From positions 526-64,525 of the forward strand of contig CAZIKB010000020.1 in assembly GCA_964539665.1 (NCBI GenBank): a stretch of DNA of 64,000 bases. The letters run 5' to 3'. The translations under genes and the position numbers were made by a program. Shown piece after piece: positions 50,098 through 60,166 of the stretch. Positions within the stretch are counted from its first letter, which is position 1; the number at the start of each line of letters is the position of its first letter. The notes beneath the pieces were generated by a model. That model was given only the letters and a program-made list of their open reading frames with translations. It searched no databases and was not told the origin of the DNA. The DNA comes from an uncultured Cytophagia bacterium. Lineage in GTDB: Bacteria; Zhuqueibacterota; Zhuqueibacteria; Oceanimicrobiales; Oceanimicrobiaceae.

Positions 50098-51426
50098 ATG
50101 TATAACACTCAATCTATTCAACGGGTTATCGATTTAACGGATCCTTCTAAAAACATTATTTATAATATGACAGTAGAAAAAGCCAGAGAGCTTGTTGCGT
50201 GTGGTAATCCAGAGAAAGTTCGCACCATTGACGGTCAATTCGCTATTGTAGCAAAGAAAGGCAAAAAAGTACGCCTGGCGCGCTCTATAGGAAGACCACT
50301 GCGTTATTTTATTGCCAAAAAAGCGGATGGCCCAAATCTTATCGTAGCAGACCGAATCGATACTATTTTCAATTATTTAAACAAAGAGAAAATTGACGAC
50401 CAATTTCATCCTTCATATACGCGTATGGCGCCAGCACATTACGTCACTGAAGTTGACCTTGTTGGTTGCCCGGATCCAAATCCGACTTATCAGAGATTTT
50501 TCACACCCTTAAGAAACACCCAAAAGCTGGATGTTGTTGATATTGGCTGCCTTTATATGCAGACCCTGTACGATGAAATTGTCAAATGGCTGCAAAACAG
50601 AGCCACAGAAGGTCCCATAGGAGTATGTTTTTCAGGCGGGATTGACAGCGGTTCGATTTTCCTGCTAACCTATAATGCGATGCTTAAACTTGGATTATCT
50701 CCGGCACGGCTTAAGGCTTTTACGCTTGCTGTTGAAGGCGGCGGTGATGATTTGGCTCAAGCAAAATGTTTCCTCGATAAACTTGATCTCTCTATGTTTC
50801 TGGAACCGATTGAAGTCTCAAAAGATGATGTGAATTGGCGGGATACGATTCGTGTAGTCGAGGATTACAAGCCTCTCGACATCCAGGCTGCAGCCATGAC
50901 TCTTGCCTTATATCGTGGTATTAGAAAGCGTTATCCGGAATGGCGCTTCTTTATTGACGGGGACGGCGGAGATGAAAACCTGAAAGATTATCCCATTGAA
51001 GAAAATCCTGAACTCACTATTCGCAGTGTCTTAAATAATTTAATGCTTTATCATGAAGGCTGGGGTGTGGACTCAATCAAGCATTCCCTGACCTATTCCG
51101 GTGGACTCAGTCGAGGTTACACACGCACCTACGCTACCGCAAGCCTGTTTGGCTTTGATAACTATAGCCCTTACACACTTCCAAACGTGATTGAGGTTGC
51201 GGAATCCATACCGTACGTGGCTTTAACAGAATGGAACCATGAGAAGTTGTATCGATTAAAAGGCGAGATTGTCTCCAAAGGTATAAAATCCATAACAGGT
51301 ATGGATATGCCTGTATTTCCAAAACGCAGGTTTCAGCATGGCGCTGCAACACATAGTGAGTTTGACAATTTGTTTCCCAAAAAACCTGCTGAGTACCGAC
51401 GAACTTTCTACAGTGTCTATGAATGA
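50098..51426 (+). CDS. asparagine-synthase-like PP-loop ATP-pyrophosphatase lacking the N-terminal Cys2 glutaminase nucleophile (442 aa)
   Basis: PP-loop GVCFSGGIDSGS. An AsnB-like N-terminal remnant (IDGQFAIVAKKGKKVRLARSIGRPLRYFIAK) with no Cys at position 2. Its stop overlaps the next gene's start. Confidence 0.6.
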   Translation: MYNTQSIQRVIDLTDPSKNIIYNMTVEKARELVACGNPEKVRTIDGQFAIVAKKGKKVRLARSIGRPLRYFIAKKADGPNLIVADRIDTIFNYLNKEKIDDQFHPSYTRMAPAHYVTEVDLVGCPDPNPTYQRFFTPLRNTQKLDVVDIGCLYMQTLYDEIVKWLQNRATEGPIGVCFSGGIDSGSIFLLTYNAMLKLGLSPARLKAFTLAVEGGGDDLAQAKCFLDKLDLSMFLEPIEVSKDDVNWRDTIRVVEDYKPLDIQAAAMTLALYRGIRKRYPEWRFFIDGDGGDENLKDYPIEENPELTIRSVLNNLMLYHEGWGVDSIKHSLTYSGGLSRGYTRTYATASLFGFDNYSPYTLPNVIEVAESIPYVALTEWNHEKLYRLKGEIVSKGIKSITGMDMPVFPKRRFQHGAATHSEFDNLFPKKPAEYRRTFYSVYE

Positions 51427-52366
51427 GGCTTCACCTGTTCAGCCTGATGATCGGTGGATATTAGCACAACGCCCATCGAAAAATTCTGTGAACGCCTGGC
51501 AGCCTTATGCTTATCTCGCAGAAAAAGAACGAATGCAAAACGGTGTGGTCGAAAATGTGGCAACCATATTTCTGACAAATCGTGAATGCCCATTCCGCTG
51601 CCTGATGTGTGATCTCTGGAAGAATACAACGGAACACCGAGTGCCTGAGGGAGCAATCCCAACACAAATTCAATACGCTTTGGAGCAGCTCCCACCAGCC
51701 TCACAAATCAAGCTGTACAATAGCGGTAATTTTTTCGATGATCAAGCGATTCCACCTGTCGATATCCCAGAGATCGCGAAGCTGATAGAGTCATTCGAAT
51801 CAGTCATTGTCGAATGCCATCCTCGGCTGGTGAGTAATCGCTGTCTGGCCTTTCGGGATTTATTACGATCTGAGCTGCAAATAGCAATGGGTTTAGAAAC
51901 CGTCCATCCTGATGTGCTCAAGAAATTAAACAAGCGCATGACGCTGAAAGATTTTGAGCATGCCGCGAATTTTCTCATAAATAATGACCTGTCAGTTCGA
52001 GCTTTTATACTGCTTGGCGCTCCCTATCTGAACGAAGCAGAATCAGTAATTTGGGCCAGGCGCTCAATAGATTTTGCCTTCGATGTCGGGGTAGAATGTT
52101 GTGTGATCATTCCAACGAGGAGTGGAAATGGTGCAATAGAACGGCTGCATAAACTCGGGTTATATGGCCCACCGAAAATTGCATCCCTGGAAGAAGTGCT
52201 TGAATACGGAATTCAGTTACAGCAAGGACGTGTGTTTGCCGACCTCTGGGATGTTGAGAAATTCGCAAATTGTAATCAATGCAGTGCACAGCGAATTCAC
52301 AGGATGGGCCAGATGAATTTCACACAAATGATAGCGTCAGTTATACATTGTAACTTTTGTTTTTAA
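51419..52366 (+). CDS. radical SAM enzyme (CX3CX2C), translationally coupled to the AsnB-like gene
   Basis: CPFRCLMCDLW motif. The ATG at 51419 overlaps the upstream TGA at 51424-51426. Extra C-terminal Cys residues (CNQCS, HCNFCF). Confidence 0.7.
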   Translation: MNEASPVQPDDRWILAQRPSKNSVNAWQPYAYLAEKERMQNGVVENVATIFLTNRECPFRCLMCDLWKNTTEHRVPEGAIPTQIQYALEQLPPASQIKLYNSGNFFDDQAIPPVDIPEIAKLIESFESVIVECHPRLVSNRCLAFRDLLRSELQIAMGLETVHPDVLKKLNKRMTLKDFEHAANFLINNDLSVRAFILLGAPYLNEAESVIWARRSIDFAFDVGVECCVIIPTRSGNGAIERLHKLGLYGPPKIASLEEVLEYGIQLQQGRVFADLWDVEKFANCNQCSAQRIHRMGQMNFTQMIASVIHCNFCF

Positions 52367-52388
52367 GGTTATAATTCTGAGGTGAGTG

Positions 52389-54053
52389 TTACTCTCGAAT
52401 ACCAACGCCCTGTTCAATTGTCAGATAGCGGTCAGCTTCAAGTTCTTGAAAAACCTCTGTAGTACCGTCCGTCCAACGAATCTCCAGCCGATCAACCTGC
52501 TTATAATCACCGAGACCGAAGTGCATTCGAGGATCATTATAGGAGAGGTAACTGGTTGCCCACTGGTTGATCCTGACTTGTTTTTTCATGCCTGCCTGTA
52601 TCGTCACTCTGGCTCCAATTGCAGAAGCGGTTCCTTTTTTCCCAACCAGAGTTACTCCCAGCCAGTGATTTCGATTGCCCCCCTCGTTTTGAAGAAGCGT
52701 TGCTGTGGCGCGCAGGTCCACATGAGAGACAATAATGTCTAAATCTCCATCATTGTCAAAATCCCAAACCGCAGCTCCCCGTCCGGAACGCTTATCTTTA
52801 AAATAGGTGCTTCGCTCTGGTCCTACATTGTGAAAATGTCCGGTTCCATCGTTTTCCAACAAGAGTGGTGGTTGCTCGACAAGTTCTTCTGCTAATCCAT
52901 TTGCCGAGAAGAGGTCTAAGTCGCCATCGTTATCAAAATCGAAAAGAGCGGCTGCCCATACACCCAAACCTGCAAATGCGCTGCTAAGGCCGCTCCACTC
53001 TGTAATATCTTCAAAAATACCATCCCCGAGATTACGGTAAAGCGCTCCATATCGAAGGTCTACAACCAGCAAATCAATTAATCCATCCCCATCAATATCT
53101 CCGATTGAGCCGTGCATGGAGCCAGTTGGCATCCCCCGATCGTTGACAGTTACGCCTGAAGCTTGAGCAACTTCCTTGAATTTACCGTTTCCATCGTTTC
53201 GAAACAGAAAATTCATCTGGTGATCATTCCCCTGGAATATATCTAAATCTCCATCGTCATCGTAGTCAAAAACGGTCAATCCCATACATTTCGACTCAGG
53301 GTAGTGTAATCCCAGCTCCTTTGTAATATCGGTAAAGCTGCCATCGGTTTCCTGACGGTAAAACATGGAGGCCTGCCCGTGGTACTCGGACGGATGCGGC
53401 ATCATATCTGGTGTGGTTGGAGATACATAAGATGGATCAAATGCCAGGAAATTACATACCATCAAATCCAGCGCCTCGTCACCATTGTAATCCCAGAAGG
53501 CTACTCCAGCGCTCCACTTGGTATGCCCGTTCAGTTTTTCTGGCCCCCTGAGTCCCAATGAGTCAGTAACATCTGTGAAAGTGCCATCTCCATTATTAAG
53601 GTAAAAAACATTGGGGCCGTAATTCAAAAGATAAATATCAACATCACCATCGTCGTCATAGTCTATTGCCCCGGCAGCCATACTCCATTGGCGATCATCA
53701 ACTCCGGCTTTCTCAGAAACTTCTGTAAACGATCCATCACCGTTATTACGATAAAGTCGATTCGGCGTATCTTTAAACACTAATCCTGCCGGGTCGCTGA
53801 CACCTTCCAGATATGTTCCATTTAGCATATATAAATCAAGATCTCCGTCACCGTCATAATCAAACACCGTAATTCCGGAACCGCTGCTCTCCAGAATATT
53901 TTCGTAAGTATAGTCACCGAATGTATATTTAAAATCAATTCCTGCCTGCTCAGTTATATCAGTGAAAGTTACATCTGGCGTCTGGGCCCATGAGGTCACA
54001 GTGATAGCTATTAAAGGTAGAGAACAAATATTACGTAATAATTTCAATCTCAC
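52389..54053 (-). CDS. CRTAC1-family protein, single module (FG-GAP + ASPIC/UnbV), 554 aa, secreted
   Basis: FDYDGDGDLDLY, IDYDDDGDVDIY, FDYDDDGDLDIF, FDFDNDGDLDLF, and C-terminal ASPIC (NHWLGVTLVGKKGTASAIGARVTIQAG...ATSYLSYNDPRMHFGLG). Confidence 0.85.
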   Translation of the reverse strand: MRLKLLRNICSLPLIAITVTSWAQTPDVTFTDITEQAGIDFKYTFGDYTYENILESSGSGITVFDYDGDGDLDLYMLNGTYLEGVSDPAGLVFKDTPNRLYRNNGDGSFTEVSEKAGVDDRQWSMAAGAIDYDDDGDVDIYLLNYGPNVFYLNNGDGTFTDVTDSLGLRGPEKLNGHTKWSAGVAFWDYNGDEALDLMVCNFLAFDPSYVSPTTPDMMPHPSEYHGQASMFYRQETDGSFTDITKELGLHYPESKCMGLTVFDYDDDGDLDIFQGNDHQMNFLFRNDGNGKFKEVAQASGVTVNDRGMPTGSMHGSIGDIDGDGLIDLLVVDLRYGALYRNLGDGIFEDITEWSGLSSAFAGLGVWAAALFDFDNDGDLDLFSANGLAEELVEQPPLLLENDGTGHFHNVGPERSTYFKDKRSGRGAAVWDFDNDGDLDIIVSHVDLRATATLLQNEGGNRNHWLGVTLVGKKGTASAIGARVTIQAGMKKQVRINQWATSYLSYNDPRMHFGLGDYKQVDRLEIRWTDGTTEVFQELEADRYLTIEQGVGIRE

Positions 54054-54399
54054 TTATCAACTCAAGTTAAATATTCATGAAAAATTTAATAATCATTTTC
54101 TATCAAAAACATTATCAGGATTTCAATAAAATTCAGATTTTCAATATATTTAAACCTGTTTCAAAATGCAACCTATATTTATTTTAAGTGGTCACATGTC
54201 AGTTATGGTGGGGATTATGCAAAATCATGGGTATCCTCTTTGTATGTTTTTCTTGATTTTTAAGAGGAATTTATATACTTTAAATTAAATTATCAGTGTT
54301 AAAGCTTTCCTAAATTGGACGGCTAACACAACAAATATTCCTCAGATAATAATGAGTAATGGTCATAAAATTATAATTTAAATATGAGTTGAATCTTCG

Positions 54400-57300
54400 A
54401 TGAAATTAAAAATGAATTTCGTAATTATTATTAGCGTTGTAAGTGTTTTAGTTCTGTTCTTCGCCGGATGCGAGAAAAAAGAAGAAACAGACAAAAGGAA
54501 ATCGCTGGATATGGTCACCGTTCGCACTTTGGGCCTGGCCTTTTTGGAAGAGAATAAACTCCAGGAAGCAGAGGAGCAATTCCAAAAACTTATAGAATTG
54601 GCTCCGGAAGAGGTCCTGGGGTACGCTAACCTTGGCCTGGTTTATATGCGAATGGGCCAATATGAACAGGCGGAAGAACAATTGAAAAAGGCACTGGAAG
54701 TCGTGCCAGACGATCCTGATATCCGTTTAAACCTCGCAGAAGTTTATGAACTGGAATATGAACTGGAAGAATCCATCGCCTTGCTTGAACACACGATCAA
54801 AACTACGCCAGATCACATTAAGTCGCTTTTTAAGCTTGCCAGGTTCTACAATAAATCTGCAGATCAACAAATGAAATTGCGAAGCGAGGACCTTCTTAAC
54901 AGAGTTGTGGAGATTCGTCCAGCTAACATTACAGCAAGGCTGCACCTTATTGAAACCTGTCTTAAAAATGGCAAGGCTGATACAGCAAGAATGCATCTGG
55001 AACAATTAAGACAACAAATGTCTGAATTACCAAAAGAATCTGGTGAGTATTTTGATAAAAGTCTTGCTTTCCTAACATCATCCGAAGTGGAACAAGCGCT
55101 TACTCCTACCATGATATTTCATAATTTCATGAAAGTCACACCCTTGTATCAAGCGAGCATTCTTGAGCTGAAAGGCTTAGGCGGACCTTTACTGGGTACT
55201 CCGCTCCTGACTTTTAGTCGCGATATTACCCTTCAGACGCAAGGTTCAGAATCCACATTGGATATGATTCGCTTCACAGACGCTACTACTGCAGCCGGAC
55301 TGGATGTGGCCAACCTTCTCCCGCAAGCCCCAACTAATTCCAATGAATCGAATTCCATTATTGCCGTTTCCGATTTCGATAGCGATGACGATCAGGATAT
55401 CTACGTGTCAATCTGGCATCCCAACACGAATCAAAGTGAACAGTTCTTTTTCAGGAACGAATTCGGACAATTTAAAGATATATCTTCTGAAGCCGGCATA
55501 AAACACCCCGGCAAAGATTTGGCCGCCGTTTTTGCCGATTACAATAACGACGGTTTCCTGGACCTCTTCATCGCAAATTCAGTTGCCAATCTATTGTACA
55601 ACAACGCAGAAGAAGGCAAGTTTCAGGATGTCGGAGTATCTGCTGGTATTGCAGTATCGGCTTTTGGTCTAAACGCTGTTTTTGCCGATTTTGACCATGA
55701 AGGCGACCTGGATTTATACCTTGCTAATGCCGAAGAAAATCAGTTTTATCGTAACAATTTAGACGGTACCTTTACTGAGCTTTCAGGCAAAGCGGGTATT
55801 TCCGCCGGGAAAACACGATCCCGTGATCTGGCCATTGGGGATTTCGATGAAGACGGCGACCTTGATTTTTTTGTAGCGAACGAAGGCGCCAGCAATATTC
55901 TCTACACAAATCTACGGCAGGGGAGCTTTCAAGACATCACAGAAACTGCTGGTCTTAAAAGCGATGGCAATTCCGGCGCAGTCACAGCAGGTGACTATAA
56001 CAATGATGGTTTTTTAGACCTTTTTGTTACCGGGCTCCAGGGTGGGAGCTATAGTCTGTATAAAAATAAAGGAAATGGCTCCTTTGATAAAGATAACCGT
56101 TCAAGTGAAATGTTTGACGAGCTGAGTAATTTCATCGGCCTTGACGCAAAATTCTTTGACTTTGATAACGACGGATTCATTGACCTGTTAGTTGCCGGAA
56201 GACCATCCGAAAAAATGGAAAAAAGCAGCGGCCTGCTACTTTTCCATAATGATGGCACCGGCAAATTTGAAAAGAGCAGCTTACTTTTTCCTGAAGAAAT
56301 TCCACCCGTAAGTAAAATAGCCGTAGCTGATTATAATGAAGACGGGGATATGGATATTTACTTTGCAAAGCTGAATGGCGGTATCGGGTTGCTTCGTAAC
56401 GATGGCGGAAATGTTAACAAATATCTCAAAGTACGTTTAGTCGGTCTCAGAACAGGCAGCGGAAAGAATAACCACTTTGGCATAGGTTCAAAACTGGAAG
56501 TCAGGGCTGGCGACCTTTATCAAATGCGTGTAATTTCAGAACCAGTGACGCACTTTGGACTTGGTCAACGATTAAAAGCTGATGTGGTGCGCATTTTATG
56601 GCCCAATGGCGTTCCTCAAAATTTGTTTTATCCTGGCTCCGATCAAGACCTTGTTGAAGAGCAAATATTAAAGGGTTCCTGCGCATTTCTATATACATGG
56701 AACGGCCAAAATTATACCTTTGTCACAGACATCTTGTGGAGAAGCGCCATCGGTATGCCTCTGGGAATAATGGGCGGTTCCACTGCTTATGCTTTTCCTA
56801 ATTCCTCACAGGATTATTTCAGAATTCCAGGTCAAATGCTTAAAGCTAAGAATGGGATGTATTCTATTCAATTAACCGAAGAATTATGGGAAACGGCCTA
56901 TTTTGATCAGATTAAACTTATTGCTGTTGATCACCCTGATACGGTAGATATTTATATTGATGAACGTTTCCTGCCTCCGCCTATTCCACCTCTTCAAATA
57001 TACAGGGTCACAAAGAAACATTATCCAAAATCTGCCATTGACAACCACGGCAATGATCTTCTCCCATTACTTCGCGAACAAGATGATATTTACGTATCGA
57101 ATCTCACTCCGGAGAAGTACCAGGGCATGACCAAATTGCACGACCTTATTTTAGACTTAGGCAACTTGTCGAGCGCTACGAAAATTTCGTTGTTTTTAAA
57201 CGGATGGATTTTTCCTACTGACGCCAGTATTAATATGGCGCTTTCACAATCCGAGCAATTGAAAGTCATCCCACCTTATTTGCAAGTGTTGGACAACAAC

Positions 57301-57993
57301 GGCCATTGGCGGACTGTTATTGAGAATTTGAGTTTTCCGATGGGTAAAAACAAAGTAGTTATCGCTGACCTGACTGACAAGTTCATATCAAATGACTTCA
57401 GAGTACGCATACGAACTAATATGCAGCTTTATTGGGATTATGTTTTCTTCGCAATCGATGCTGAGGAGGTTCCAGTTATTGAGACATCCCTTCAACCTGT
57501 TTCAGCGGATATCCATTATCGCGGATTCTCACGCGTGTACCGTAAAGGCGGACGATATGGACCGCATTGGTTTGATTACAGTGATGTTTCTCGTGAGCCT
57601 AAATGGCGTGATTTAGAAGGGTATTATACGCGCTACGGCGACGTGCAGCCGCTTTTTTTAGAATCCGATAATAAATATGTTATCATCAACGCCGGTGATG
57701 AAGTTACATTAGAATTCGATGCAAGCCAGACACCTGAGCTTAAACCCGGATGGTCGCGTGATTTCATTATCTACAGTGACGGCTGGCTAAAAGACGGCGA
57801 CCTGAACACTGCTCATGGGAATACAGTTTCGCCTCTTCCATTTCACGGCATGTCTCGTTATCCGTACGGATCAGATGAATACTATCCCACAGAGGAAGAA
57901 TTTCAACAATATCAAAAAAAGTACAATACAAGGAAAGTGACTACTGATAAATTTCGCAGGTTGATGATGGACTTACCACAGGGTGAAAGATAA
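54400..57993 (+). CDS. lipoprotein: N-terminal TPR region + FG-GAP repeats + ASPIC/UnbV + ~450-aa C-terminal extension of unknown type (1197 aa)
   Basis: Lipobox FFAGCEKK; TPR repeats in aa 40-230; FG-GAP motifs (DFDSDDDQDIY, DYNNDGFLDLF, DFDEDGDLDFF, DFDNDGFIDLL, DYNEDGDMDIY); ASPIC (NKYLKVRLVGLRTGSGKNNHFGIGSKLEVRAG...). The remaining ~450 aa have no motif I recognise. Confidence 0.8.
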   Translation: MKLKMNFVIIISVVSVLVLFFAGCEKKEETDKRKSLDMVTVRTLGLAFLEENKLQEAEEQFQKLIELAPEEVLGYANLGLVYMRMGQYEQAEEQLKKALEVVPDDPDIRLNLAEVYELEYELEESIALLEHTIKTTPDHIKSLFKLARFYNKSADQQMKLRSEDLLNRVVEIRPANITARLHLIETCLKNGKADTARMHLEQLRQQMSELPKESGEYFDKSLAFLTSSEVEQALTPTMIFHNFMKVTPLYQASILELKGLGGPLLGTPLLTFSRDITLQTQGSESTLDMIRFTDATTAAGLDVANLLPQAPTNSNESNSIIAVSDFDSDDDQDIYVSIWHPNTNQSEQFFFRNEFGQFKDISSEAGIKHPGKDLAAVFADYNNDGFLDLFIANSVANLLYNNAEEGKFQDVGVSAGIAVSAFGLNAVFADFDHEGDLDLYLANAEENQFYRNNLDGTFTELSGKAGISAGKTRSRDLAIGDFDEDGDLDFFVANEGASNILYTNLRQGSFQDITETAGLKSDGNSGAVTAGDYNNDGFLDLFVTGLQGGSYSLYKNKGNGSFDKDNRSSEMFDELSNFIGLDAKFFDFDNDGFIDLLVAGRPSEKMEKSSGLLLFHNDGTGKFEKSSLLFPEEIPPVSKIAVADYNEDGDMDIYFAKLNGGIGLLRNDGGNVNKYLKVRLVGLRTGSGKNNHFGIGSKLEVRAGDLYQMRVISEPVTHFGLGQRLKADVVRILWPNGVPQNLFYPGSDQDLVEEQILKGSCAFLYTWNGQNYTFVTDILWRSAIGMPLGIMGGSTAYAFPNSSQDYFRIPGQMLKAKNGMYSIQLTEELWETAYFDQIKLIAVDHPDTVDIYIDERFLPPPIPPLQIYRVTKKHYPKSAIDNHGNDLLPLLREQDDIYVSNLTPEKYQGMTKLHDLILDLGNLSSATKISLFLNGWIFPTDASINMALSQSEQLKVIPPYLQVLDNNGHWRTVIENLSFPMGKNKVVIADLTDKFISNDFRVRIRTNMQLYWDYVFFAIDAEEVPVIETSLQPVSADIHYRGFSRVYRKGGRYGPHWFDYSDVSREPKWRDLEGYYTRYGDVQPLFLESDNKYVIINAGDEVTLEFDASQTPELKPGWSRDFIIYSDGWLKDGDLNTAHGNTVSPLPFHGMSRYPYGSDEYYPTEEEFQQYQKKYNTRKVTTDKFRRLMMDLPQGER

Positions 57994-58073
57994 ATATATT
58001 TTTATATGTGGGTTTCCGATTAATTCTGTCCTTTTCTAACAGAGACAGACCATTACTTTCTAATACTGGGGTG

Positions 58074-60164
58074 TTACGTTAACTCAATGCTTTTATATTG
58101 TTCACCAAATTGTGCGCCTTTTTCATCAAACAGGGCACGAATATTATCATCCATGGTAAAGTAAATAATTTGCCAGCCGTTTTGGGCCAGTTCGGCTACT
58201 TTATCTGTAAGCAATATTCTACGTTCCCAATCTGAATATTGAAAAGCATCATCGAGAACTAAAAACAGGCAATCTTTACCGGTCATCATCGTGCTAAATC
58301 CTATACGAAGCGCAAGTAAAACCTGTTCTTGTCCACCTGTGCTGATCTCGGAAAGGTCAAAGGTATTAAATGGATCAGACACAACCAGTTTATCGCCATC
58401 GACGTAAAGACCATTATAACGATTGGTAATTTGAAACAGCGGTTCCAGGACAGACTTCGATTTTAAGCCGGCAATAATTTTACCGTCTTCCGCTTTTCTT
58501 AGCTCAGATATTACCTGGTTAACAGCCATTTTACCAATAATCTCTGCGGTTTTTTGCTTAAATTTTACTATAACCTGCTCGCGTTTTTCCTGGAGGTTTC
58601 TCAATACGATTTCCCAGCTTGTCGAAATGTTATCGTCAGTTTGCTGGCAAATCAATTGCTTGAGATTGGTCAATTTTTGAGTTTCTTCATCCACTTGCTG
58701 TTGGATTAATTGCAAACTTTTTTCAAATTCATCAAGCGTCTGGTTACTATACGGCACTTCGGTTTTTTGCGTTAAAAAGTCTGATGGATCTACCCCAAGC
58801 TTTGCCAGGTATAATTCCTTTTCACGAATCTGGTTTTCCAGTTTTTGAAACTCTTTTTCCAAATCCCTGAGTACTGCATCCCAGGTTTTCGAATCATGAT
58901 TCACACCAGTCAAATCTTCCAGCAGCTCTGACAGCTTCAGTTTTAGAGTATACAAACTGTTTAGGTCCTCTGTCAACTGTTTTTTTAACAAACGAGCCGT
59001 ATTATAATCTTCCTCCATCCTATGTAATAATTCCTTGACAATCGGCAGGCCGGTCAATTCTCGCTGAAAATGTTTTTTGAATTCTCTTTTTAAATTCTTA
59101 ATCTCCAGATTTTCAACGGCCCGTTCTGCAATGATCCGGTACTGTCGGACATGCAGCATGCCAAAAACGATAATCCCCGCCAGAGCAATAATTGCAAAAA
59201 TGGGCATTTTCATCACAGCAAAAACACCAGCGATAACTACCATTGCAATGGCCAATATTAGAAAAACAGGTTTAGGGCTCGCAAATTCCTGCTTCAAGAT
59301 ATTTTCATAAACTTCGAGTGCACTTTTTAACCATTCATAATGTTTGCTCTTAAATTCAGCATCTTTTTGTTCGTCTTTCTTTTTTTTATATTCGGCGACT
59401 TTCTGTTTGTTTATATTCAGTCCACTTTTAAATTTATGAATTTTATCAGCTGCAATTTTGTGTTTACTAACTTTTAATTTTTTTAATTCTTTGTCAGTTG
59501 TATAAGCAATATATTTTTTTGCATTTACCTGTTGATTGATTTGAGCCTTTAATTGTTCTTTTTTGTCTGCAAGCGTTTTTCTGGTTCCCCCTGAAAAACC
59601 TTTGTCAACCTGTTCAAACAATTGATTAAGTTTCTTTAATTGCTCGCTTAATTCAAGCCTTATGTTGATTTCTCCTCTCTTTGGCCCGGTTATGATATTA
59701 TTTTCAATTTGACATTCTTGAATGGTTTTAGAAATATTCGCCTCGATTTTATCGAGAATTTCTCTGCTTGATAGAAATCGTTTCAAAATTACCCTGTCCG
59801 CGCCCCCTTCGACATTAGCTATTTCCACTTCTGCTCCTTTCACCACCAAAAGCTTTGAGAAATCAGGCGGTAATCCCACGTTAGATTCCTCCCAAAAATC
59901 TTCAAGTTTTTTAGCTGAATTGGGATGAAAATCAATCAATCCTCCATTTGTGAGTCCCTCAACGACAACCTTCCCTTTACCCTTTTGGCTTCTCAGCGGC
60001 CACAAACGAGTCTTTCGGAATAGAGAGCGAATCACAAACTCAACCAGATAAGTTTTGCCTTTTTCATTGCGGCCGTATATTAAATTGAATCGCGCAAGCT
60101 CCAATGAGATTTCAGAAAGAGGGCCAAGATTTTGTACATTTATTTCTTTGATATTAAGTGACAT
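58074..60164 (-). CDS. SMC/Rad50/SbcC-superfamily ATPase with central two-helix transmembrane hairpin (696 aa)
   Basis: N-terminal Walker A GRNEKGKT; long coiled-coil-like K/E-rich arms; central hydrophobic pair (FLILAIAMVVIAGVFAVM, IFAIIALAGIIVFGML); C-terminal Walker B and D-loop (CLFLVLDDAFQYSD). Confidence 0.7.
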   Translation of the reverse strand: MSLNIKEINVQNLGPLSEISLELARFNLIYGRNEKGKTYLVEFVIRSLFRKTRLWPLRSQKGKGKVVVEGLTNGGLIDFHPNSAKKLEDFWEESNVGLPPDFSKLLVVKGAEVEIANVEGGADRVILKRFLSSREILDKIEANISKTIQECQIENNIITGPKRGEINIRLELSEQLKKLNQLFEQVDKGFSGGTRKTLADKKEQLKAQINQQVNAKKYIAYTTDKELKKLKVSKHKIAADKIHKFKSGLNINKQKVAEYKKKKDEQKDAEFKSKHYEWLKSALEVYENILKQEFASPKPVFLILAIAMVVIAGVFAVMKMPIFAIIALAGIIVFGMLHVRQYRIIAERAVENLEIKNLKREFKKHFQRELTGLPIVKELLHRMEEDYNTARLLKKQLTEDLNSLYTLKLKLSELLEDLTGVNHDSKTWDAVLRDLEKEFQKLENQIREKELYLAKLGVDPSDFLTQKTEVPYSNQTLDEFEKSLQLIQQQVDEETQKLTNLKQLICQQTDDNISTSWEIVLRNLQEKREQVIVKFKQKTAEIIGKMAVNQVISELRKAEDGKIIAGLKSKSVLEPLFQITNRYNGLYVDGDKLVVSDPFNTFDLSEISTGGQEQVLLALRIGFSTMMTGKDCLFLVLDDAFQYSDWERRILLTDKVAELAQNGWQIIYFTMDDNIRALFDEKGAQFGEQYKSIELT

Positions 60165-60166
60165 GT

